DNA of 64,000 nucleotides, from NCBI GenBank assembly GCA_032128875.1, contig JAVLKG010000004.1, positions 480,001 through 544,000 on the forward strand. Direction: 5' to 3'. The position numbers and the translations under genes are program-made. Of the stretch, positions 21,591 through 29,969 are shown piece by piece. The DNA is from Candidatus Melainabacteria bacterium 17Bon1m (GTDB lineage: Bacteria > Cyanobacteriota > Vampirovibrionia > Obscuribacterales > Obscuribacteraceae). Position 1 is the stretch's first letter, and the number at the start of each line of letters is the position of its first letter. The notes beneath the pieces are model-generated. The model was not told where the DNA came from, searched no databases, and saw only the letters and a list, made by a program, of their open reading frames with translations.

Positions 21591-22379
21591 ATGGCAGGAA
21601 AGTCAGACAAGGAAATTATTGGTAACTATGAAGTGTCCAAAGCAGGGCTACTTACAAGAAGAGAAGTTTTGACTATGGGTGCAGTTGCAGCTGCAGGAGC
21701 ACTGGTCGCTCCAGCATTTGCGGCAGCCGGCGGAGCAACTGCGCCAGCAGCAAGCGGAGCCGAACCTTACGTGGCAAAAGACTTTTCGGGTTTGCAAGGA
21801 AAGTTGGATGGTTTGTCGGCAAGTCAAATTGAGCAGCACCTTAAACTGTACAAGGGCTACATCGGCAAAGCCAATGAACTTCGCAGCAAGCTGAAAGAAG
21901 TTGAATTGGCTTCAGCAAATGCCACATATTCACCCATTCGTGAAATGCTTGTTGAACAGAGTTTTGCTGTAAATGGTGTGATCTACCACGAATTTTATTT
22001 CGGAAACCTCGGCGGTAAAGGCGGAGAACCGACTGGCGATCTCAAGTCAGCGATGGAAGAGCGTTGGGGAAATATGGCTAAATTCAATGATTTCCTTAAA
22101 GCCGCAGGTAAGAGCGTGCGTGGTTGGGTTGTGATTGGATACAACACACGTGGTGGATTCATTGATTCCTTTGGTCTCGACACACACAACATTGGTTCAC
22201 CGGCGAATTTCGTTCCGCTCCTTGTTCTAGATGTCTACGAACACGCTTACATGGTTGACTACGGAATTGATCGTGCAAAATATCTCGATGCTTTCATGAA
22301 GAATGTCGATTGGGATGTTGTCGGTAAGCGCTTCAATATCACTAAAAAACATCCGACAGGATTGGACGCAACAATATAA
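21591..22379 (+). CDS. Fe/Mn superoxide dismutase with twin-arginine signal peptide
   Basis: TRREVL followed by hydrophobic stretch and AFA; ligands EQH, YHE, DVYEHAY. Confidence 0.85.
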   Translation: MAGKSDKEIIGNYEVSKAGLLTRREVLTMGAVAAAGALVAPAFAAAGGATAPAASGAEPYVAKDFSGLQGKLDGLSASQIEQHLKLYKGYIGKANELRSKLKEVELASANATYSPIREMLVEQSFAVNGVIYHEFYFGNLGGKGGEPTGDLKSAMEERWGNMAKFNDFLKAAGKSVRGWVVIGYNTRGGFIDSFGLDTHNIGSPANFVPLLVLDVYEHAYMVDYGIDRAKYLDAFMKNVDWDVVGKRFNITKKHPTGLDATI

Positions 22380-22399
22380 GTATTGAAGCCTAGACTATT

Positions 22400-22428
22400 A
22401 GGGAGGGTTTGCAGACGCAGCCCTCCCT
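22400..22428. terminator. Hairpin between convergent SOD and IS1595-derived genes
   Basis: AGGGAGGG...CCCTCCCT stem; weak U tract. Confidence 0.5.
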
Positions 22429-22430
22429 TG

Positions 22431-23462
22431 CTATGGACGTAGGGTATTTGGCACCACATAAAATGCCAGCGGTGTCACATATTCTTCAATTTCTTCTTCT
22501 GAAACGCATCGATTTGATGCGCAAAATTCAAGTAATGAGTTTGATGGCCAGCGGCTTCTGTCCTTTGCAATCCAATCGAGAGTTGAATAGAGTTGGAGAT
22601 ATTTTCTTCCCAATCCCTGGAAGAAATCCTTGACGAATGTGACAAAGGTTTTTGCTAACTTTGCGTTGTGCTCAATTGCTAAATCACCTTCCTGCATAGT
22701 CATTGAAAACTGCATTTTTTTTGAACGCTTATAGCTGTTTGCAAATTGTTTTTCTATAAGACCCTTTAACTCAAGAACAGTCAAAGTCGCGCTGAGCATA
22801 CCGATACTCAGAGCTAACTTTTGAGCTAGTTGATCGAAGGAAATTCCACTTTCTGAAATTTCTTGCAACACAAGTTTTTCTTCTTCACTAATATCTAGCA
22901 TTTCGAGACTGGAGGATTCATTCTTCTGTCTATTTGCATCAAGTTGAAGTAAAGCCTCCTCTGCTATTGGTGGTTCGCCTGCGGGCGTTTTTGTAGTTCG
23001 TCGACAGACGGCATCAGCGCAAAGAGCGGAAGCAATCTCTATGCCTAGATTTCTTATTTCGCTGATTGCCATAAGTGCAAGTCTCTTTAATGTTCTGCTT
23101 GCAGTGTCAGTTGAGACACCTGTTAGCTTTGCTAGCTGATTAGCGCTGAGAACAATTCCTCTTTCATATAACTCCATCATGATTAATCGAGGCTTGAATT
23201 TTTGAACCTTATGGAAGTAAGTTTCGGCCGTTATGGAAATATTTTTGCTGCATCCACCACAGGGAAAAACTCGCTTACTATTATTCGGAATTGAATTGAG
23301 AAATCCACATTCGCGTCGTGGACAATAAATGGTGGTTCTTTTTGCGCAAGCAGATAAGGCGATTAATTCGCAATTCGATTCTGTTCCAAGCTTGGCTTCG
23401 ATTTCAGGCATTGCACGCAATGCCTTTTCCCAATTAGCTTTCGAACGATCAGAATCAACCAT
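22431..23462 (-). CDS. IS1595-transposase-derived protein (zinc ribbon + HTH + DprA-like winged helix; no recognisable DDE core)
   Basis: CPRRECG...CGGC...SITAETYFH; LSANQLAKLTGVSTDTA; LSATLTVLELKGLIEK; FFQGLGRKYLQLY; AAGGA SD before ATG 23462. Confidence 0.6.
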   Translation of the reverse strand: MVDSDRSKANWEKALRAMPEIEAKLGTESNCELIALSACAKRTTIYCPRRECGFLNSIPNNSKRVFPCGGCSKNISITAETYFHKVQKFKPRLIMMELYERGIVLSANQLAKLTGVSTDTASRTLKRLALMAISEIRNLGIEIASALCADAVCRRTTKTPAGEPPIAEEALLQLDANRQKNESSSLEMLDISEEEKLVLQEISESGISFDQLAQKLALSIGMLSATLTVLELKGLIEKQFANSYKRSKKMQFSMTMQEGDLAIEHNAKLAKTFVTFVKDFFQGLGRKYLQLYSTLDWIAKDRSRWPSNSLLEFCASNRCVSEEEIEEYVTPLAFYVVPNTLRP

Positions 23463-23493
23463 TTTGAAACTTCCTTGCACTCATATCTGGTAA

Positions 23494-23518
23494 TACGAGT
23501 TCCGCGTGCAAAAAGTTC
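23494..23518 (-). promoter_or_regulatory. Putative ECF-sigma promoter GAAC-N17-CGTA
   Basis: Minus strand GAACTTTTTGCACGCGGAACTCGTA, about 30 bp upstream of ATG 23462. Confidence 0.45.
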
Positions 23519-23567
23519 AAAAAATTTTTTTTACTGACAACCGAAAATTTCAAACCCAAATGTTGGT

Positions 23568-23607
23568 GGTTTAGAAAAAAGGCCGTTAACGACCTTTTTT
23601 CTAAACC
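23568..23607. repeat. Dispersed palindrome, copy 2 (extended to 40 bp)
   Basis: GGTTTAGAAAAAAGGCCGTTAACGACCTTTTTTCTAAACC, one mismatched pair. Confidence 0.9.
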
Positions 23608-23623
23608 TCACTTTCTGGTTTGA

Positions 23624-24307
23624 CTAATTGTTGAGGTCGGCGCGGAGACCGTACCCGACTCCGTGGACATTGCGGATTATTGATTCCTGTCCTTCGGTGT
23701 CCAGTTTCTTGCGCAGGCGTTTGATACACGTGGTTAGTGCTTCGACTGTAGCGTCGGATTCGTTCGACCAGACTCTATTGAGCAGTGCATCAGGAGGAAA
23801 GACTGTGCCGGGATTGCGCATTAGGAATTCCAGAAGCGCAAATTCTTTTGGGACGAGTTTAACTTCAACACCGCCACGTTTGACTGTAAATGCTGCGCGA
23901 TCCAATTCTATATTTCCTGATTTGAGGACTGTGCCCATTTGACCGCTAACACGACGCATGAGAGCCCGAATACGAGCAGTGAGTTCTTTGGCATGAAATG
24001 GTTTTGTGAGATAGTCATCCGCACCGGAATCGAGACCAACCTCTTTGTCGTCGACCGTAGAGCGACCAGTGAGAATGAGGACTGGTGTTTTTTTGCCGGT
24101 CGAACGGAACTCTCGCAAAATTTCCATACCGCCAATGACCGGTAATTCGAGATCTAGAACGATCAGATCGTATTCGTAGGCCTTTAGACGATTTAGACCT
24201 TCTTGTCCGTCGTTGACGACCTCTACCTCGTGCCTTTCAAGCTTTAGCCAGTCGCGCACAAGCTTGGACAGCTGCAAATCATCTTCAACAATTAGTATCT
24301 TGGCCAC
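23624..24307 (-). CDS. OmpR-family response regulator
   Basis: ILIVEDD, VLDLELP, DDYLTKPF, IRNVHGVGY. Confidence 0.93.
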   Translation of the reverse strand: MAKILIVEDDLQLSKLVRDWLKLERHEVEVVNDGQEGLNRLKAYEYDLIVLDLELPVIGGMEILREFRSTGKKTPVLILTGRSTVDDKEVGLDSGADDYLTKPFHAKELTARIRALMRRVSGQMGTVLKSGNIELDRAAFTVKRGGVEVKLVPKEFALLEFLMRNPGTVFPPDALLNRVWSNESDATVEALTTCIKRLRKKLDTEGQESIIRNVHGVGYGLRADLNN

Positions 24308-24342
24308 AAAGATTGCTCGCTGGTACCTGCAACAATATTATC

Positions 24343-26154
24343 TTATGTTTGTTCTGTGTTCTTTGAATTAGCAAGCGGAAGACTGAAGTAGAAGGTACTT
24401 CCTTTGCCTTCTTCAGAATTCACTCCTATTTGTCCGCCGTGCAATTCGACAATTGCTTTAGAAATAGCTAGCCCGAGTCCACTACCTTTTCTGTCTCTGG
24501 AGTCTGATTTTTTGACTTGTTTGAAGCGCTCGAAGATTGAAGCTCGCATACTTTCTGGAACCCCCCTTCCTTCGTCCTTTACCTTTATGATGGCAAAAGA
24601 GTAGTCAGTCTCAGTTGAGATTTGAAGAGTGGAATTTTCTGGTGAAAATTTGACTGCATTTGAAATCAAGTTGATGAGCACTTGAATCATTCTCTCTTTG
24701 TCTGCTGTGACAGTTGGATCTATTGTCGTGTCAAGCTTTAAGTCGATTCGCTTTTGCTTTATGGCATTTGCAACCATGTTTACTGACGGCTTTATAATTT
24801 CGCTCAGTAATACTGAATCGAGAGTTAAATCCATGCGTCCCGATTCCATGCGCTCTACATCAAGTAAGTCATTTACTAGAGTGATTAAACGATCACAGCA
24901 GTCCTGTGCTCCTTCCACACTCTCTTTTCCATCATCCGAGAGCTCTCCGTAGGCACCAGCAGCCAACAACGAATGAACCATCTGAATCGAAGTCAGTGGT
25001 GTGCGTAAATCGTGACTAACCATAGCCACGAAATCGCGTTTCATCTGGTCGATTTGCTTACGCTCCGTAATATCGTGCACAACACACATCAATGATTTTT
25101 CTTCGTTCGACCAAACGACAGACCACTCACAATCTCGCTTTGCGCCGCTTTCAGTCACAATCCGATTTGTAAATGCTCCATGCCCTTTTGTCTCGATGAT
25201 GCTGTTCACTTGATCGATCGAGGGCTGCAGTTCTTCCTGGTCGAGCAATTGATCAAGGCGCCTTCCGATAAGATCATCGATGTCGTAGCCCCACTGTCTG
25301 AAAGCCGCTGGATTAGCCTGTGTAAATCGTCTCTCTTCATCAAGCGAACATATGATGTCGGCTGCACTTGTAAGAATCGCTGTTTCTTTGCGCCTCATAG
25401 AAGCTAGTGCGTCGGCCATCTTGCGAAAAGTTCTATCGAGGTGAGCCAATTCGTCATCGCCTCGAAGTGGAGCTGAAAGAGGCTTTTGTGATGCGAGTTT
25501 GTAAGTGTTGTCTAGCACCACTTTGAGCCGGAGCGCCGTACTTCGGTTGAATGAAATGGCCAAATAGACTGCAAGCAGAACATTTAGAAAGACCGCTGCA
25601 TAGATAAGAATCTCAATTTGTCCTCGTACTTCGGCTTGCTTCCTTTTGGTTTCTTGCGTCTCTGCTTCTTGTTCTTCTACGAGGTGGTCGATGGCTTGGA
25701 AGATATCCGCCATGAGCCGGTTGACCTTTACCATCTCCATGCCTGCCGCGAGCTTATTGCCGATGTCCACCATTGTTTTGGCATGATCGAAAAATCGATC
25801 GCCCTCGTCCATTAGTTTGTAGATTTTGTCCCAGGCTTCTTTCTCATGGGGGTTTTCGGCTACAAGACTGGTAATTATCTCCTTCTCTTTGTAAAAGCGC
25901 TTCTTGGCAAGATCGGCTCGACGGCGGAATGTCTCTCGGCTGGTGAAGTGAGAAACGATAAGAGATGAGCTTCGCTCCATGACCAATCGAAGCAGTACGT
26001 TTAAATGTCCGGCAACATCTCTTGCGTGCGCCTCGCGCGCTCTTTCTTTGTCCACTTGATTGACAAGATAGGCAAATCCCGCCACGAAGCCAAGCTCAAA
26101 TACTAAAGGCACTGTCACCAGTATCAGAGCTTTTTTTCCTAGAGAAAGAGTCAT
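24343..26154 (-). CDS. Membrane sensor histidine kinase (periplasmic helical sensor-HAMP-PAS-HisKA-HATPase)
   Basis: Two TM, DELAHL HAMP, HDITERK, SHDLRTPL, NLISNAVKF, DEGRG, GSGLGL. Confidence 0.93.
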   Translation of the reverse strand: MTLSLGKKALILVTVPLVFELGFVAGFAYLVNQVDKERAREAHARDVAGHLNVLLRLVMERSSSLIVSHFTSRETFRRRADLAKKRFYKEKEIITSLVAENPHEKEAWDKIYKLMDEGDRFFDHAKTMVDIGNKLAAGMEMVKVNRLMADIFQAIDHLVEEQEAETQETKRKQAEVRGQIEILIYAAVFLNVLLAVYLAISFNRSTALRLKVVLDNTYKLASQKPLSAPLRGDDELAHLDRTFRKMADALASMRRKETAILTSAADIICSLDEERRFTQANPAAFRQWGYDIDDLIGRRLDQLLDQEELQPSIDQVNSIIETKGHGAFTNRIVTESGAKRDCEWSVVWSNEEKSLMCVVHDITERKQIDQMKRDFVAMVSHDLRTPLTSIQMVHSLLAAGAYGELSDDGKESVEGAQDCCDRLITLVNDLLDVERMESGRMDLTLDSVLLSEIIKPSVNMVANAIKQKRIDLKLDTTIDPTVTADKERMIQVLINLISNAVKFSPENSTLQISTETDYSFAIIKVKDEGRGVPESMRASIFERFKQVKKSDSRDRKGSGLGLAISKAIVELHGGQIGVNSEEGKGSTFYFSLPLANSKNTEQT

Positions 26155-26310
26155 TGGTGCTCAGAGATCTAGTCTTACGATCGCTCAATCTATCATTTCA
26201 TCTGATCATTTTTGGGCTTGCCCATAATTTGCCAAAATTTCGCCCACATCTCGCCAATGACAACATCTAAAGTGCCGGATATGTACAGGCAGCAGCTTTT
26301 GAGGTTTGGC

Positions 26311-27078
26311 ATGAACTTGAAGGTCTCGATTCTAACTGTGTTGGTCGCCCTATGTACTATGTGCACAGCAGCCGTTCAGGCTCAGGGTTTTGGCAATTAC
26401 CAGCGTACTCAATTTGCCCCTCAAAGCACGATGCAAGCGCGGTCCGGGCAAGCCAGGGGAAATCAGACCAGAGCAAGGGTGATAGCACAGGCTCAAGCCA
26501 ATGCTCAGTATCAGGCGAGCTTCCCCTCGGACTGGAGAAATGGACTACCCCCAACTCGCACGGATAGCTTCGTCAAAGAAGCCAAACAGCACGCCGCGCA
26601 TATCTATGGAGACGAGGGGACATACGGTTTGCCTCCATATATGGGATTCAGCAAGGTCCACAGAATCAACTCCGGAATCATGGACGAGAGAGACAGTGGG
26701 CTCACCACCGGTCACGGCAGCTACCTGCCGGACGCATGGGGTGGCGATGAGTTTCACCAAAATGAATGGACGCAGTCTGGTGAAAGAGGACGCTCAGCTG
26801 CTGATGGCTTCCCAGATGGACTTCCGGTAATGACCGGTTCGGCTTCGGGCGCTCCCGGTTCTGGAACCCAGAATTTGCCCCCGCCTCCAGGCGAAGGCTA
26901 CCAGCCAGCTTACACATGTGAAGGTTTTGTCGGATATTACAGCCCTGAGGAAATTGCACTCGCTCAAACCGACTTTCCTGCCGCATTCGACCACTTTGTT
27001 CACAGCGACAGATACACCGGCAGCATTCTTAATGCCGATCTGATTTTGCGCCTTCAAATGGGACGCGCAGGTTATTAG
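26311..27078 (+). CDS. Secreted hypothetical protein
   Basis: Signal-peptide-like MNLKVSILTVLVALC...VQA; GAGG SD upstream. Confidence 0.65.
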   Translation: MNLKVSILTVLVALCTMCTAAVQAQGFGNYQRTQFAPQSTMQARSGQARGNQTRARVIAQAQANAQYQASFPSDWRNGLPPTRTDSFVKEAKQHAAHIYGDEGTYGLPPYMGFSKVHRINSGIMDERDSGLTTGHGSYLPDAWGGDEFHQNEWTQSGERGRSAADGFPDGLPVMTGSASGAPGSGTQNLPPPPGEGYQPAYTCEGFVGYYSPEEIALAQTDFPAAFDHFVHSDRYTGSILNADLILRLQMGRAGY

Positions 27079-27262
27079 AAAGATTACTGGCTCGATACTT
27101 ATTGTCTGAGGAACCTTGCGCGAAACGAAAACACAAAAAAACTCAGAAGTCAAAGGGCACTGTATATAGTGCCTTTTGATTTTGGATGCTGTTTGGTTAC
27201 GGCAGAATTCCGAAAAAATAGTCCTACATGCGCAGGGTTGATGCATGCTGGCTATGAAGCAG

Positions 27263-27289
27263 AAAACCGCCCCGATTTGGGACGGTTTT
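27263..27289. terminator. Putative bidirectional intrinsic terminator
   Basis: AAAACCG-CCCC-GATTT-GGGA-CGGTTTT between convergent genes. Confidence 0.55.
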
Positions 27290-27316
27290 GCAGAGCAGAA
27301 AAATCGATGAGTGATT

Positions 27317-28243
27317 TTATTCGCCAAGAATAGTGAAGCTAACCTCTTTCTTGTTTGGTTGCCCCGCTTTATCGTCTTCTGCTGAGACTAGCTTCAGTGC
27401 AGGAGCCGCAGAAGAAGCTTTCGGAACGATTTTTACATCGCGCTCACCACTTACTTGCGCATCCTTGTTTGCGCTGTTGAAGAAGACTTTCGACTCAGCA
27501 ACCATTTTTTTGTATTGAGCAAGCGTCATTTCACCCGATCGAAACGGCGTGCCGTCTTCATTGCTGAGGGCTATGGAAAGTGGTTTTTCGGCAACCGGAT
27601 AAGCGTACACAAAAATTCGTTCGACAGAATGATTGCTGCCTTTGGGCAAACTAACCTGATAGTCGAATGGACTATCTGCGCCTCCAAAAGTGATAGTATC
27701 ACCAGCTCTAAGAAGTGTTTTTTGTTGATACTCATTTGGGTAAAGCTGGGTCAATTTGCCGCGCCCGTCGAAATCAAAAATCATGACGTTGCAATCTTGT
27801 GTGGCTGAAACATTGATCTTCATCTTGTCGCCAGCTTTATATTGTGGAGTAACCCCTTTTTTGTCGAGCCAAACATTGATTATCGAATCGGCAGATGCAG
27901 GTGCATTAGAGGTGTTTATCACTGGTGCAGACTTAGAAGACTTGTTAGCCTGAGGTGCATGGGCGGGCGAAATCTTTGCCTGCACCGAGGAGGGCTTTTT
28001 AGCCGCTTTTACAGGAGTTGTTGTTTTTGCAGTGTGTCCGGTTATATGCGCTGGCTTTGTTTCGGTGCGAGTGAAAGTCTGGCGTGGTAAAAGAATTACG
28101 TTCCGCTCTTTGGAGTTTTTCAAATCCTCGGCTGTGGGCTCGTCCTTGGCGTTTTCAGCAAAGGAAACACCGCTGCCGATAGTAAGAGTAAAAGCTACCG
28201 CCAATGCTTGTGCAAATACTAGATTCCGAATTGCTGCTCTCAT
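27317..28243 (-). CDS. Secreted DUF4384-domain protein
   Basis: Signal peptide; P/A/K-rich linker; YKAGDKMKINVSATQDCNVMIFDFDGRGKLTQLYPN DUF4384 pattern; GAGGA SD before ATG 28243. Confidence 0.75.
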   Translation of the reverse strand: MRAAIRNLVFAQALAVAFTLTIGSGVSFAENAKDEPTAEDLKNSKERNVILLPRQTFTRTETKPAHITGHTAKTTTPVKAAKKPSSVQAKISPAHAPQANKSSKSAPVINTSNAPASADSIINVWLDKKGVTPQYKAGDKMKINVSATQDCNVMIFDFDGRGKLTQLYPNEYQQKTLLRAGDTITFGGADSPFDYQVSLPKGSNHSVERIFVYAYPVAEKPLSIALSNEDGTPFRSGEMTLAQYKKMVAESKVFFNSANKDAQVSGERDVKIVPKASSAAPALKLVSAEDDKAGQPNKKEVSFTILGE

Positions 28244-28413
28244 GCCGCTTTCCTCAAATTTGATCCGATATGGATATGGATCTGGCTCGAATACCGACTC
28301 CTGAACAAACATTTTCCAGTGATCAGATCTCAGTTTCAAATCAATCTCTGCAATTAATCTCTCTGGTCAATTGCACTGCTTTAGAAACAGAAATCAATTG
28401 ATAAAAGAGTGAT

Positions 28414-29709
28414 TTACCGAGTTTGACCCGAATCCGCACTGCTCTTGTTTTGAGTAGGCGCCGGTTTTGTCGCTATAGGACCATCCATAGCAACATGCAG
28501 GATGCCCTGCGGATCGTCCTTAGCTATCCTATCAATTCTATCCATCAGTTCGTCTGTACTGATGTTAAGCAAACCAATGTTGTCATCGCTCTGCTTGCGG
28601 TCCTTGTCCTCTAACAAACGGTCCTTCGAATTTAGGAGGACTACCCAGAGAAACTTCGAAGGCTCTTTGCCTACGCCAATCGGTCGGTCGCCGATCGTTT
28701 TTACATAAGCCTGATGACCCGCCTTGTTTATGACCTGACTGCCCGCTTCCGGATAGATGAGAGTGACCTTGTCGCGGTCAATTTCAAATAAATGGACGAA
28801 ACAATCAGAATTGGTCGAGAATTGGATAATTAGAGGCTCGCCAACATAGTAGTCCGTGCGTGGCTTGTTAAAACTTATCGAGATGGGCATGATTGGAGGT
28901 TGTGCCGTGGTCCACGAATCTACCAGAGGTTTGGCCAGAAGGCTGCTACCAACGAGAAACACGACAATTGCCGCCAGACAGAATGCTAAAACAGGTGAAG
29001 CCGCTACTCTCGCCGACCTTGGGCGAGCCATTTTGAGATTCTCTTCGACGCCCAAATCCTTCAAGGAGTCCACCCAGAGAGCTAATCTTATTGACGTTGT
29101 AGGCAAATTGAGACCAGGAAGACTGGCGGTGTCGCCGCAGTGCATTGCCACTACTGAAGTATCGTCAAATATAGGAGAGCCGGAATCGCCTGGCGCAAGC
29201 GCAAGGTCATGCAGGATGTGATAGTTGTCCGAACGCCTCAGTTCGCCCAGCATGCGTCCTAATTGCGCAAGTGGCGCAGGCGCTGAGGTGTACTGCCCGA
29301 GATGCACAGGATACCTGATTGCAGAAAGAGGTTGGAAGTTCTTCAGTTCTTTTCCGTAGGTGATCGGCAAAGCATTTGCTTCTCGCTCAGGGCCCGAAAG
29401 ATCGACCAGCAATATGGCAGCATCAAAAGTTACTAGTTGGTCGGCTTGCCTGCCGAAATTTGGATGAAGCCGCACTTCTCTTACGGCATAGCGGTTTCCT
29501 GATGACGGGAATTTGATCTGCAACGATTTGCTTGAGGAAGCGAAAGGCTCTACTACGTGACCACAAGTAACAAGCAGATTTGGCGCTGCCTTCCAGGCTT
29601 GACCAATGATTGTCTCTTTATCGCCGTCCAGCCTTATCACGTTGGCTAGTGCGGCACTGAAGACATCAGGATTTTCGGGCACCCCGCTTGTCTTGTGCTG
29701 ATTGTCCAT
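28414..29709 (-). CDS. Trypsin-like serine protease - TM - DUF4384 fusion
   Basis: VTCGHVV (His), FDAAIL (Asp), PGDSGSP (Ser); TM PVLAFCLAAIVVFLVG; YYVGEPL...SDCFVHLF...LIYP. Confidence 0.8.
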   Translation of the reverse strand: MDNQHKTSGVPENPDVFSAALANVIRLDGDKETIIGQAWKAAPNLLVTCGHVVEPFASSSKSLQIKFPSSGNRYAVREVRLHPNFGRQADQLVTFDAAILLVDLSGPEREANALPITYGKELKNFQPLSAIRYPVHLGQYTSAPAPLAQLGRMLGELRRSDNYHILHDLALAPGDSGSPIFDDTSVVAMHCGDTASLPGLNLPTTSIRLALWVDSLKDLGVEENLKMARPRSARVAASPVLAFCLAAIVVFLVGSSLLAKPLVDSWTTAQPPIMPISISFNKPRTDYYVGEPLIIQFSTNSDCFVHLFEIDRDKVTLIYPEAGSQVINKAGHQAYVKTIGDRPIGVGKEPSKFLWVVLLNSKDRLLEDKDRKQSDDNIGLLNISTDELMDRIDRIAKDDPQGILHVAMDGPIATKPAPTQNKSSADSGQTR

Positions 29710-29969
29710 GAGAGGTACTTAGACCCAAGTCCTTTCTAGTCTAGCCATGCGCTTCCCTTGGAATTCTCGGCCGGCAGACCGGATCGGGAAGCTATTTACG
29801 AGATTATAAGTGATTGCCGGGTCTTCGGGTCATAACCTTGTCATATTTGATTGCCAATTCTTACCTGGCAGACGTCCGTGTGCACTACGTTTTGCCTTAA
29901 GACGATATGATCTTACGAACTGTAGTGGGACGGAGCTTATCTTGATAAGTTCGGGCATCCGAGGTCGAA

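Noticed and set aside
22431-23607. Intact IS1595 insertion sequence
   Set aside because: No DDE motif, terminal inverted repeats or target duplication recognised
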